A stretch of 64,000 nt of DNA from an uncultured Candidatus Actinomarina sp. (GCA_902593795.1 CACJJR010000004.1:47086-111085); one strand, 5' to 3'. Positions 27,555-37,004 are shown, counted from the first letter of the stretch. A program made the numbers and translations. Notes: generated from the sequence alone by a model not told the origin.

Positions 27555-28676
27555 TTAAAAGCTTAATAATTCTGCTATTTTGTCTCTTGCAAGCTTAGGT
27601 GTACCAAATAAAAGTGAGTCAGATTTTGCTTTTTTAAAATATAAATGTGCAGGATGTTCCCATGTGAAACCAATCCCTCCATGAACTTGAATATTATCTC
27701 CCGCAATTTTGTTAAAAACCTCAGAGCAGTATGACTTTGCAAGCATAGAACTCATTTCAGTTTCAACAATGTCAGAATAATCAACTCTGACAGCACTATA
27801 AGCAACCGATTTTGCACTCTCCAACTGCATGAGCATATTTGCACATATATGTTGGATTGCTTGAAAAGACCCAATAGGTCTTCCAAATTGTATTCTTTCT
27901 TTTGCATATTCTGTAGACATGTCTAAACAGGCTTGAGAAGCTCCTACTTGCTCCATAGCTAGATAACCAAGTGCAATGTTTTTGATTTTATTCCATTCAG
28001 ATAGTTCTTTATCTAAATTTATTAAAATTGAATCTTGTCCCAACTCTACCTCTTGCATAGTCACTTCACACATTGGACGCGTTTGATCAAGTGATGATGT
28101 TTGCTTAATCTCAACACCTTTTGCATCTGTAGGGACCAATATAAACTTAAAGTTATCTTCAGATTTTGCTAATACAGCAATGTAATCAGAAACATCACCA
28201 AACATAACGTATTTTTTGTTTCCATTTAAATTAAATCCAGAATCTGTAGGAGTTAATTCAGTACTGATTGTGTTTTCATTAATGTCATACTTATCATTTT
28301 CATAAACTGCATATGTTCCTATTTTTTGACCACTAATAATTTCTGAAAGTAATTTATCTTTTTTTTCATTTTTAGAATTTAATAAGATTTGCTTAAAAAC
28401 TACTCCCGAACTAAAGATTGGAATAATTGGCATGTAGTATCCAAGTACCTCTGAAAGTATTGCAGTATCAGTATTTGTAAAACCAAGCCCCCCATCTTCC
28501 TCAGGAACATCTAAAGCTAACCAACCTTGATCAATAACCAGCTGCCAAACTTTTTCATCTAATCTACAATTGTCATCTACTTTTTGAATTGTCTCTAAAA
28601 GGTCTATATTCTCTTTTAAAAGCTTACTAGAGTTTTCCTTAATCTCAGTTTGAAGATCAGTTAATGTAAATTGCAT
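27555..28676 (-). CDS. Acyl-CoA dehydrogenase (actinobacterial FadE-like)
   Basis: 373 aa with the C-terminal QVHGGIGFTWEHPAHLYFKKAK region typical of FadE-type ACADs. Confidence 0.85.
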   Translation of the reverse strand: MQFTLTDLQTEIKENSSKLLKENIDLLETIQKVDDNCRLDEKVWQLVIDQGWLALDVPEEDGGLGFTNTDTAILSEVLGYYMPIIPIFSSGVVFKQILLNSKNEKKDKLLSEIISGQKIGTYAVYENDKYDINENTISTELTPTDSGFNLNGNKKYVMFGDVSDYIAVLAKSEDNFKFILVPTDAKGVEIKQTSSLDQTRPMCEVTMQEVELGQDSILINLDKELSEWNKIKNIALGYLAMEQVGASQACLDMSTEYAKERIQFGRPIGSFQAIQHICANMLMQLESAKSVAYSAVRVDYSDIVETEMSSMLAKSYCSEVFNKIAGDNIQVHGGIGFTWEHPAHLYFKKAKSDSLLFGTPKLARDKIAELLSF

Positions 28677-28752
28677 TATCTAATTGTAATTTTTAAATTT
28701 AATTTCGCTAATCAAATTTAACTTGTTTCAAATCGTAATTAACATAGATAAT

Positions 28753-29478
28753 ATGTTAGAAATTAAAAATTTACACGCAGAAGTTGACGGCACTGAAATA
28801 TTAAAGGGTGTCGATCTAAAAATTAACCCCGGAGAAGTTCACGCAATCATGGGGCCAAATGGGTCTGGAAAATCTACCTTAGCAAATGTTGTTATGGGAA
28901 ATCCTGTATATGAGGTTACCAAGGGATCAGTAGTTTTTGAAGGCGAAGATATCACTGAGGAACCAGTAGACAATAGAGCAAAATTAGGAATGTTTCTAGC
29001 ATTTCAATACCCAGAATCTATACCCGGAGTAACAATAGTAAATATGCTTAAAACTGCGCTAACCAATATTGAGGAAACAGAATACACTACCCTCGAACTT
29101 AGACTAAAGGTTGCGGAAGCAATGGAACAGTTAGGCTTGTCTGCAGACTTTGCAGATAGATATCTAAATGAAGGCTTCTCAGGTGGTGAAAGAAAAAGAA
29201 ATGAGATTCTACAACTAGCCGTTCTTGATCCAAAACTTGCTGTTTTAGATGAAACTGATTCTGGATTAGATGTAGATGGTTTGAAAGTGGTTGGTGAAGG
29301 TGTTAGTAAATTAAAAAGTGATGATAAAGGCTATCTAGTTGTAACTCACTATCAGAGACTTTTGGAATATATAAAGCCAGATTTTGTTCACGTTTTTGTC
29401 GATGGAGCAATTGTAGAATCTGGTGGAGTAGAATTGTCTGAAAAGCTTGAAAAAGAAGGATACGAATCATATTTATGA
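28753..29478 (+). CDS. sufC: Fe-S cluster assembly ATPase SufC (copy 1)
   Basis: Walker A GPNGSGKST, signature FSGGERKR and Walker B LAVLDETDSGLD. The ATG at 28753 (MLEIKNL) is preferred over the TTG at 28723 given in the track. Confidence 0.85.
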   Translation: MLEIKNLHAEVDGTEILKGVDLKINPGEVHAIMGPNGSGKSTLANVVMGNPVYEVTKGSVVFEGEDITEEPVDNRAKLGMFLAFQYPESIPGVTIVNMLKTALTNIEETEYTTLELRLKVAEAMEQLGLSADFADRYLNEGFSGGERKRNEILQLAVLDPKLAVLDETDSGLDVDGLKVVGEGVSKLKSDDKGYLVVTHYQRLLEYIKPDFVHVFVDGAIVESGGVELSEKLEKEGYESYL

Positions 29479-30695
29479 TAAAAGTAAGTGATTTAAAAAA
29501 AGATTTTCCAATTTTCGAAAGAGAAATAAATGGAAAGAGGCTTACATATTTAGACTCTGGTGCAACATCACAAAAACCAAGTGTTGTAATAAATGAAATG
29601 TCTAATGTCTATGCAAATATGAACGCAAATGTCCATAGAGGTACTTATGTCCTATCATCAGAAACAACGACTAAATATGAGGATGTTAGAAACAAATTAA
29701 AAGATTTTATAAACGCATACTCTGCAGATGAAATAATCTTTACAAAAGGATGTACAGAGGGGTTTAATTTTTTAGCGAATTCAATATGCAAAGAATTAAG
29801 TCCCGGTGATGAAATTATCCTTTCAGAAATTGAGCATCATGCAAATATTATTCCATGGCAAATGGCTGCTGAAAAATATAGCTTAAAAATCAATTATATA
29901 AATATCACAGAATCTTTTGATTTAGACCTTGATCATTTTGAAAACCTACTAAGTGCAAAAACAAAAGTCGTTTCAATAGTTGGTGAGTCAAATATGTCCG
30001 GGATGCTTCCTGATATACAAAAACTAAATTCACTTATTAAGGAAAAAACCGATGCCATTTATATTGTTGATGGTGCTCAACTAGTCCCACATAGAAAAAT
30101 TGATGTACAAGAACTTGGAATAGACTTTATTTGTGTTTCTGGTCATAAAATGCTTGGTCCGACCGGTATAGGTGTAGTTTGGGGTAGAAAAGAATTATTA
30201 GAAAAATTAGATCCAGTTTATGGTGGCGGAGATATGATAGAAGAAGTTTTTTACGATAGTGCAACTTGGGCACCAGTTCCGCATAAATTTGAAGCTGGTA
30301 CGCCTCCGTATGTTGAAGCAATTGGCTTAGGAGCTGCAGTTGATTATTTATCTAACTTGAATATGAAAAATGTAGAAAAACACTCTGATGATCTTCGAGA
30401 ATATGCAAAGAAAAAATTAGAAAATATAAAAGGCTTGAATGTTGTTCATACAAACTCTAAATTAGCTGGTTGTACTTTTGCAATGAGTGTTAATGGTGTT
30501 CACGCAACAGATATTTCATTAATGTTGGACACATTTGGAGTAGCAGTTCGTGCAGGCCATCACTGTGTTCAGCCATTTCATAGAAAACTGAACCTTGATG
30601 CTACATTCAGAGCTACAGGTTATATTTATAATGACGAAGAAGATTTTGACATTCTAAGCGATGCGATTGAAGAAAGTATAAAAATATTAACTTAA
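29475..30695 (+). CDS. sufS: Cysteine desulfurase SufS
   Basis: 406 aa with the PLP-lysine region SGHKMLGPTG and catalytic loop RAGHHCVQP. It overlaps sufC by 4 nt. Confidence 0.9.
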   Translation: MIKVSDLKKDFPIFEREINGKRLTYLDSGATSQKPSVVINEMSNVYANMNANVHRGTYVLSSETTTKYEDVRNKLKDFINAYSADEIIFTKGCTEGFNFLANSICKELSPGDEIILSEIEHHANIIPWQMAAEKYSLKINYINITESFDLDLDHFENLLSAKTKVVSIVGESNMSGMLPDIQKLNSLIKEKTDAIYIVDGAQLVPHRKIDVQELGIDFICVSGHKMLGPTGIGVVWGRKELLEKLDPVYGGGDMIEEVFYDSATWAPVPHKFEAGTPPYVEAIGLGAAVDYLSNLNMKNVEKHSDDLREYAKKKLENIKGLNVVHTNSKLAGCTFAMSVNGVHATDISLMLDTFGVAVRAGHHCVQPFHRKLNLDATFRATGYIYNDEEDFDILSDAIEESIKILT

Positions 30696-30696
30696 A

Positions 30697-31110
30697 ATGA
30701 GTATTGAAGAAAAAGTTGAAGACTACAAAAAAACTCTTGCAATGTTTCCAAATCCGCAAGAAAAATATCAATATTTAATCGAACAAGCAAAGAAAAACGA
30801 AGACTTTCCGCAAGAATTGAGGATTGATGAGTTTAAAGTTAATGGCTGTCAAAGTCAGGTTTGGTTGGTTCCAGAAGAAAAGAAAAATAAATTATATTTT
30901 AAAAGTGATTCAGATGCTTTAATTGCAAAAGGGTTGGTAACTTTAATTGCATCAATCTATTCAAATGAAGCTCCTGAAGATATTGCAAATTCCAAAATTG
31001 ACCTTATGGAAGAATTTGAACTTGGAGTGATCTTAAGTCCTGCTAGAAGAAATGGAGCTTTTAGTATGTTAAAAACTATTAAAGAATTTTCCCAAAAATT
31101 AGCTAATTGA
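30697..31110 (+). CDS. sufE: SufE-family sulfur acceptor
   Basis: 137 aa with the conserved VNGCQSQVWL active-site cysteine region. It starts 1 nt after the sufS stop. Confidence 0.8.
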   Translation: MSIEEKVEDYKKTLAMFPNPQEKYQYLIEQAKKNEDFPQELRIDEFKVNGCQSQVWLVPEEKKNKLYFKSDSDALIAKGLVTLIASIYSNEAPEDIANSKIDLMEEFELGVILSPARRNGAFSMLKTIKEFSQKLAN

Positions 31111-31560
31111 GCCTTCCCACCAATTTTCATGGGGGAAAAATACCCAAACAGGCTCACTATCTTTAGCTAAGTCTCGTGTATAGTAGTGTGGCTCAAAGTC
31201 ACATTCATTATTCCACCACAATGCCGAAAAACGAACTTCGCAATCATGATTAATATTTTCTTTTATATAATTTGATAATCTTTCAAAAGTCTCTCCACTA
31301 TCACATATATCATCAACAATTAAAACTTTAGAATCGTTTGATTTTGGAAGATAGTTTTCCCAGTGAGGAAAATCTCTTGTAGAGGCATGAACTGGTTTAA
31401 AAGGAATATTTAGTTTATGTGATATCATCACACCAGGAATTAATCCCCCTCTACTAATGCCAACAATTACATCTGGCTCAAAGTCATCTGCATTAATTTT
31501 TTCACAAATTAAATTTGTATCTGCAATTTGCTGTTCCCATGTGTAAATTAATTTATCCAT
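31099..31560 (-). CDS. Purine phosphoribosyltransferase (Gpt-like)
   Basis: PRPP-binding VLIVDDICDSGET and SRGGLIPG motifs. The ATG at 31560 (MDKLIYTW) is preferred over the TTG at 31584 given in the track. Confidence 0.75.
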   Translation of the reverse strand: MDKLIYTWEQQIADTNLICEKINADDFEPDVIVGISRGGLIPGVMISHKLNIPFKPVHASTRDFPHWENYLPKSNDSKVLIVDDICDSGETFERLSNYIKENINHDCEVRFSALWWNNECDFEPHYYTRDLAKDSEPVWVFFPHENWWEGSIS

Positions 31561-31687
31561 TTTCGTAAGTGTTAATTTTATCAAAGATTTAAAAGTGAAT
31601 TGTGAAATTATTTAATAAATTTTTAACGCAAAAGGAAAGGCGTAGATTGAGCTTGTTCTATAATAATCGTATGAAAAGGAGGTAAGG

Positions 31688-32695
31688 ATGCGAAGAAGTT
31701 GGGCGGTAGGCCTACTTATTATCAGTATTCTTGCTATGGCCTGCGGGGGAGCCGCAGACGTAGACGATTACAAAGCTGCATTTGTGTATGTAGGTCCAGC
31801 AGACGATGGTGGCTGGTCACAAGCACACGATGTAGGAAGACAGTTCTTAGCAGATGAAACTGGAATTGAAACAGCTTATACAGAGCTTATACCAGAAGAT
31901 GCTACAGAATTCAGAACAGTTGCAGAAGCTTATATTGAACAAGGTTACAATATAATTTTTGGAACAACATTTGGTTACATTGATGCGATGGCAGAAATGG
32001 CAGAAGAATATCCAGATGTAATATTTTTGCATTGTTCAGGATATTTAAGCAACGACAGTAACTTTGGAAACTACTTCGGCAAAATGTATCAACCAAGATA
32101 TGCTTCAGGTATGGCTGCTGGTTCATTAACAGAATCTAACAAAATTGGCTATGTAGCAGCTTTCCCAATTCCCGAAGTTATAAGAGGAATTAATGCATTT
32201 GCTACTGGAGTAAAGGAAGTAAATCCTGACGCAACAGTAGAAGTTGTTTGGACATTTACCTGGTTTGGACCAGAAGAAGAGACACAAGCAGCAAATGCTT
32301 TAATTGAAACTGGTGCAGACGTATTAGCGCAACATCAAGACTCACCATCAACTGGTGTAGTTGCTGAAGCTAATGGCGCTAAATGGATTTCATACAACAC
32401 TGTTTATGGGCAAGAAGCAGCTCCGGAAGCATTTGTTGGAGCACCTGTTTGGGACTGGGGTCCATATTACGTTGATGTTGTAAATTCAATTATCAATGAT
32501 GAATTTGCAGGTGGTTCCTACTGGGGCGGAATGGAAACAGGACTTGTATCTTGGTATGAAGAGCAAGGAACTATTGATGGAGCCGTTTCGGGTGACATAA
32601 GAAGCAAAGTTCTTGCAATGATTGCCGGAGAATTTGATCCTCCAATAATTGAGGAAGAATTCATCGATAACATCATAGGCACAGTTAGTCCGTAA
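31688..32695 (+). CDS. BMP/Med-family ABC substrate-binding lipoprotein (nucleoside-type)
   Basis: 335 aa with a lipobox ILAMACGG and a strong AAAGGAGG Shine-Dalgarno at about 31673-31680. The BMP-family layout is present. GC is clearly elevated (line 31741-31800 is 33/60 GC). Confidence 0.85.
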   Translation: MRRSWAVGLLIISILAMACGGAADVDDYKAAFVYVGPADDGGWSQAHDVGRQFLADETGIETAYTELIPEDATEFRTVAEAYIEQGYNIIFGTTFGYIDAMAEMAEEYPDVIFLHCSGYLSNDSNFGNYFGKMYQPRYASGMAAGSLTESNKIGYVAAFPIPEVIRGINAFATGVKEVNPDATVEVVWTFTWFGPEEETQAANALIETGADVLAQHQDSPSTGVVAEANGAKWISYNTVYGQEAAPEAFVGAPVWDWGPYYVDVVNSIINDEFAGGSYWGGMETGLVSWYEEQGTIDGAVSGDIRSKVLAMIAGEFDPPIIEEEFIDNIIGTVSP

Positions 32696-32705
32696 CATTT
32701 ATATT

Positions 32706-32738
32706 TAAAACACTCCAGCTTCAATGCTGGAGTGTTTT
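32706..32738 (+). terminator. Rho-independent terminator/attenuator hairpin after the BMP gene
   Basis: Perfect 10-bp stem ACACTCCAGC (32709-32718) / GCTGGAGTGT (32725-32734) with loop TTCAAT, followed by TTTT and preceded by AAAA. Confidence 0.7.
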
Positions 32739-32753
32739 TACTATTATTAATAA

Positions 32754-34250
32754 ATGAAACAATATATTCTAGAAGCCAAAAATATATCAAAATCATTTGG
32801 TAATGTCAGAGCACTAGAAGATGTTAACTTTTATCTTGAAAAAGGGATAATTCATGGTTTGCTTGGAGAAAATGGTGCAGGCAAATCATCCTTAATGAAT
32901 GTACTATCAGGAATATACCAACCTGAAAAAGGAAGTATATTTGTAAATAACATAAAACAAACAAATCTTAATCCTGAATATGCATCTGAGTTAGGCATAG
33001 GTATGGTTCACCAAGAATTTAGATTAATTGAAAGTTTTAGTATCCAAGATAATTTAACACTTTCCAAATCAAATATCTATCGAGATGATTTCAAAAATGC
33101 ATTTGAAAAATATTCAGAAATTTTTTCTTTATCAGTTAATCCAGAAAAAACTATTTCAGAACTATCAGTTGGTGAAAAACAAAAAATTGAAATAATGAAA
33201 TTAATTTTTAACAACAGTAGCATCATGCTCTTAGATGAACCTACTGCTGTTTTAACTCCACAAGAAACTGATCAACTTAAAAACTCTCTAAAAAGATTAT
33301 CTGAAGAAGACGAAAAAACGATTGTATTAATTTCTCATAAACTTAAAGAAATAAGGGAATTTACAGAAACAGTATTTGTTATGAAGAATGGGGAAATGGT
33401 TGCAGAAAACCTTTTAACTGAAAACGTTACAGACAATAATCTAATTGAATTAATGATGGGGCATATCAAAAAATCAGTAATTGACAAATCAAACAAAGTC
33501 GGGGATGCAAAACTTAATATAAAATCAGTTGAGTATGTTGATAAAGTAAATAATTACAAGCTTTTGGATAATATCAACTTTGAGATAAAAGCTGGTGAAA
33601 TTCTTGGTATTGCTGGAGTATCTGGAAACGGCCAAGTTGAGCTTGCAAATATTATTAGTGGGATTCAAGTTGATTATTCAGGAGAAATATTTATTAATGG
33701 ACAGGATGTATCTGGAAAAGGAGTTAAATCAAGGAAAAAACTCAACCTATCTTATATACCTGAAAACAGACTTGGTGTTGGTCTAGCTCCAGGAGTGTCA
33801 ATTTTAGATAATTCAATAGTTAAAGATTATTTTAAAACTAGACGTGGTCCACATCTTTCTAAGACCAAAACCAAAACATATCTAGAAAATTTGATTAATA
33901 CATTTTCAATAAAAGCGCCTGACTCAAAAGCTGAAATATCGACTTTATCAGGGGGGAATATGCAAAAACTATTGATGGGTAGGGAATTAATTAGTAAACC
34001 AGAGGTAATTATTGCATCTCAACCTACCAGAGGATTAGACGTAAATGCAGTAGAAGCAATTCATAACTTACTCGTAGATCAAAGAGATGGAGGATCTGCA
34101 ATTTTATTAATATCCGAAGATCTAGATGAATTATTTAAACTTAGTAATCGTCTTCTAGTTATGTACGAGGGAAAAATTGTAAAATCCTTTGATATTAACA
34201 ATGCAGACATTAACAATGTTGGCCTTGCCATGGCAGGTGTAATTGAATAA
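32754..34250 (+). CDS. ABC transporter ATP-binding protein with duplicated ATPase domains
   Basis: 498 aa with two nucleotide-binding loops (GENGAGKSS, GVSGNGQVE) and two signature regions (LSVGEKQK, LSGGNMQK). Confidence 0.9.
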   Translation: MKQYILEAKNISKSFGNVRALEDVNFYLEKGIIHGLLGENGAGKSSLMNVLSGIYQPEKGSIFVNNIKQTNLNPEYASELGIGMVHQEFRLIESFSIQDNLTLSKSNIYRDDFKNAFEKYSEIFSLSVNPEKTISELSVGEKQKIEIMKLIFNNSSIMLLDEPTAVLTPQETDQLKNSLKRLSEEDEKTIVLISHKLKEIREFTETVFVMKNGEMVAENLLTENVTDNNLIELMMGHIKKSVIDKSNKVGDAKLNIKSVEYVDKVNNYKLLDNINFEIKAGEILGIAGVSGNGQVELANIISGIQVDYSGEIFINGQDVSGKGVKSRKKLNLSYIPENRLGVGLAPGVSILDNSIVKDYFKTRRGPHLSKTKTKTYLENLINTFSIKAPDSKAEISTLSGGNMQKLLMGRELISKPEVIIASQPTRGLDVNAVEAIHNLLVDQRDGGSAILLISEDLDELFKLSNRLLVMYEGKIVKSFDINNADINNVGLAMAGVIE

Positions 34251-35301
34251 TTTAAAATTATTTAAACGTCAATCAATTAATGAGTTATCAACTTTCTATT
34301 CTTTTCTAATTGGTTTTGTAATTGCAATTTTTATTGGTTCGATAATATTACTGGTACAGGATAAAAATCCTATTGATACTTTTTCACTAATGTTACGTTT
34401 ATCGGTTGGAAGTATTAACAGTCTTAGTTCATCATTAAATAAAGCAATTCCACTTATTCTTGCTGGACTTGGAATATCAATAATGAACTCGGTCAAACTT
34501 TGGAACATTGGTGCAGAGGGCCAAATATTCCTGGGAGCAATTGCAGTAAATTATTTATATATAAATACACAATTCAATAGTCCAACTCTTCATATTTTTG
34601 TTCTTCTTATTGCTGGATTTGCTGGTGGTTCATTGTGTATATTGATACCCGCAATCACAAAAGTTGTATTTGGTGTAAATGAGATCATTACAACTTTATT
34701 AACAAACTATATAGTTTTTGGTATAACAATTTTTCTTATAAACGGCCCCTGGAAAGATCCTAAATCTTTAAATTTTCCGGCAGCCGCGTATGTTGGAGAA
34801 GAAGTATTTTTACCAACAATTTTTGGTAAATTAAGCCTTGGATTTTTAATATGTATACTTTTTACAGCTTTAGCTCATTATCTAAAAAACAAATCCGTAT
34901 TTGGTTTTGAAATGAGAATTGCGGGGGGCTCTGCACTTACAGCTGTTTATGCTGGAATTAATGCAAGGCAAAAAGCTTTTATTGCAATGTTAATTGGTGG
35001 AGGATTTGCTGGACTTGCAGGAGCTATTGAATTATTAAGTCAAACACATAGAGTCTCTACGGGGATCTCTCAAGGATTTGGATATACAGCTATAATTGTT
35101 GCCGCTATTACTGGAATGAGGCCCTTAGGAATCTTTTTGGTCGGATGCTTATTTGGAGCACTTTCGATTGGTGGTTCTGTAATTCAGACTATTGGAGTAA
35201 GTGCATATATTTCCGATATAATTCAGGCTTCAACGCTTTTCGGAGCACTCATAATACAATTTTTCTTTACTTATCAAATAAAGAAAGTCGAAAATGATTG
35301 A
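34243..35301 (+). CDS. ABC transporter permease (BMP-type system)
   Basis: 352 aa polytopic protein. It overlaps both flanking transporter genes by 8 nt. Confidence 0.85.
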   Translation: MNNLKLFKRQSINELSTFYSFLIGFVIAIFIGSIILLVQDKNPIDTFSLMLRLSVGSINSLSSSLNKAIPLILAGLGISIMNSVKLWNIGAEGQIFLGAIAVNYLYINTQFNSPTLHIFVLLIAGFAGGSLCILIPAITKVVFGVNEIITTLLTNYIVFGITIFLINGPWKDPKSLNFPAAAYVGEEVFLPTIFGKLSLGFLICILFTALAHYLKNKSVFGFEMRIAGGSALTAVYAGINARQKAFIAMLIGGGFAGLAGAIELLSQTHRVSTGISQGFGYTAIIVAAITGMRPLGIFLVGCLFGALSIGGSVIQTIGVSAYISDIIQASTLFGALIIQFFFTYQIKKVEND

Positions 35302-36217
35302 TATTCAACTTATTGGGCTTTTTAATGCAACTTTACAGGCTGCAACACTTTTATTTATTGCGGCTTTAGGAGAATTAATAACCGAAAAATCGGGAATACT
35401 TAATCTTGGTGTTGAAGGTATGATTTCTGTTGGTGCTGTTACTGGTTTTATGACCGCAGTAAACACTGAAAATATATTTCTTGCTGTTCTAGTTGGTGTT
35501 CTATCTTCATCAGCATTTGCATCAATACATGCACTAGTCACTGTAGTCTTAAAACAAGATCAAACTGTTTCAGGTTTGATTCTCACAATTCTTGGATTAG
35601 CTCTCTCTTCTTTATTAGGTAAAAATTATGTTGGGAAAAAACTAGTAACCAAGTTGGAGGGCGTCACTTCAGTAACTGACCCCTCATCAATATTAGAAGT
35701 TTTAATTAGCCAAAACATAATTTTTTATTTAGCTGTTTTATTAATGTTTATTACTTCTTTTGTATTAAAGCATACGATGTTTGGTAGAAGGCTTGAAGCT
35801 GTTGGAGAAGACTCCAGATCATCAGACTCAATGGGCTTAAAAGTTGCCAAGACACAATTTATTGCGACATGTGTAGGTGGAGCTTTTGCAGGACTTTCTG
35901 GTGTTTACTTAACATTAAGCTACGTTCCATATTGGACAGACAATATGACTTCAGGACGAGGTTGGATTGCTTTAGCACTTGTCATCTTTGGAGGATGGAA
36001 ACCATATCGAACTGCACTAGGCGCATTATTATTTGGATTTCTTGAAGCATTAGTTCCAAGATTGCAAACATATGGTTTTGAATTAAGCCCTTACATCGTA
36101 AAAATTACTCCATATGTAATCACAATTTTGGTTTTAGTTATATTAACAATTTACAAAGGTGGAAAAACAGGAGCACCAAAAAATATTGGCGTTCCATTTT
36201 TTAGAGAAAATAGATAA
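35294..36217 (+). CDS. ABC transporter permease (BMP-type system)
   Basis: 307 aa polytopic protein in an operon with the preceding genes. Confidence 0.85.
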   Translation: MIDIQLIGLFNATLQAATLLFIAALGELITEKSGILNLGVEGMISVGAVTGFMTAVNTENIFLAVLVGVLSSSAFASIHALVTVVLKQDQTVSGLILTILGLALSSLLGKNYVGKKLVTKLEGVTSVTDPSSILEVLISQNIIFYLAVLLMFITSFVLKHTMFGRRLEAVGEDSRSSDSMGLKVAKTQFIATCVGGAFAGLSGVYLTLSYVPYWTDNMTSGRGWIALALVIFGGWKPYRTALGALLFGFLEALVPRLQTYGFELSPYIVKITPYVITILVLVILTIYKGGKTGAPKNIGVPFFRENR

Positions 36218-36281
36218 ATAATAATAATTAGGTATAATATAAATAGCTTTAAACAATGTCTGCGAGCATTGAAAGGAAAAA

Positions 36282-36776
36282 ATGACAATAGACAAAATTC
36301 TATTCCGCCTCAGTAAAGAAATTATTGAATCACATACTCCAAATCCCTATTTAATTGGCATTCCAAAAAGGGGTGATCTTTTAGCTCAAAGAATATCAAA
36401 AAACTTATTAAACGAATACTTTAAACATGATGTTGGAAGCATAAATTACTTACCATTTAGAGACGACTTAGATGAAAGTATAGAGAAAAGTATTCTTGAG
36501 ATATCTCCTGAAGATCGAGATGTAATTTTGATAGATGATGTAATTTATACAGGTAGAACACTCAGAGCATCTATAGAAGCAGTAATATATTCCGGAAGAC
36601 CAAAAACGATCGCACTTTTATGTCTTGTTGATCGTGGCCATAGAGAATTACCAATTACTCCCACTTTTATTGGGAAAAACATACCTACAAATCAAAATGA
36701 ATATGTATCAGTATTTTTAAATGAAATTGATGAAGAAGACAAAGTTGAGGTAAAACTAAGGGGTAGCAGTAGCTAA
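36282..36776 (+). CDS. pyrR: PyrR, pyrimidine regulatory protein / uracil phosphoribosyltransferase
   Basis: 164 aa with VILIDDVIYTGRTLRA (PRPP loop) and LLCLVDRGHRELPI, both typical of PyrR. Confidence 0.85.
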   Translation: MTIDKILFRLSKEIIESHTPNPYLIGIPKRGDLLAQRISKNLLNEYFKHDVGSINYLPFRDDLDESIEKSILEISPEDRDVILIDDVIYTGRTLRASIEAVIYSGRPKTIALLCLVDRGHRELPITPTFIGKNIPTNQNEYVSVFLNEIDEEDKVEVKLRGSSS

Positions 36777-36832
36777 TTATTTAAATTAATGACTGAATAA
36801 GATGTTAAAAGTCTACTCCTTAGTTTTACCTC
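36747..36832 (+). repeat. 20-bp inverted repeat (19 Watson-Crick pairs plus one G-U on the + strand) spanning the pyrR stop; possible long-loop terminator
   Basis: GAGGTAAAACTAAGGGGTAG (36747-36766) pairs with CTACTCCTTAGTTTTACCTC (36813-36832) across a 46-nt loop. On the - strand the odd pair becomes an A-C mismatch. Confidence 0.5.
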
Positions 36833-37004
36833 ATACAAAATTTATATAAAATAATAATTAAAAATGGTTCATTGTTAATTACATATAATATTTACAAAAT
36901 TAAAAAATCTATGTGAAAAGTCTTTGAAGAGAGGTATTTAGGATATGTTATTTTGCTAAAAATGACATAGCCTATTATTCAAAATAAATTAAGGACATAT
37001 CAAT

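Noticed and set aside
31585-31687. Possible purine/nucleoside riboswitch or PyrR attenuator in the leaders of the BMP operon (31585-31687) and pyrR (36218-36281)
   Set aside because: I could not find the conserved cores of purine riboswitches or the PyrR-binding loop. Only a 5-bp inverted repeat (CAATG...CATTG) is present, which is insignificant here.
31847-32796. Four - strand ORFs (31847-32032, 31911-32126, 32486-32698, 32518-32796) opposite the BMP-binding protein gene
   Set aside because: They are antisense to a gene with a lipobox, a strong Shine-Dalgarno and family-typical sequence. The higher GC of that gene simply reduces stop codons in other frames.
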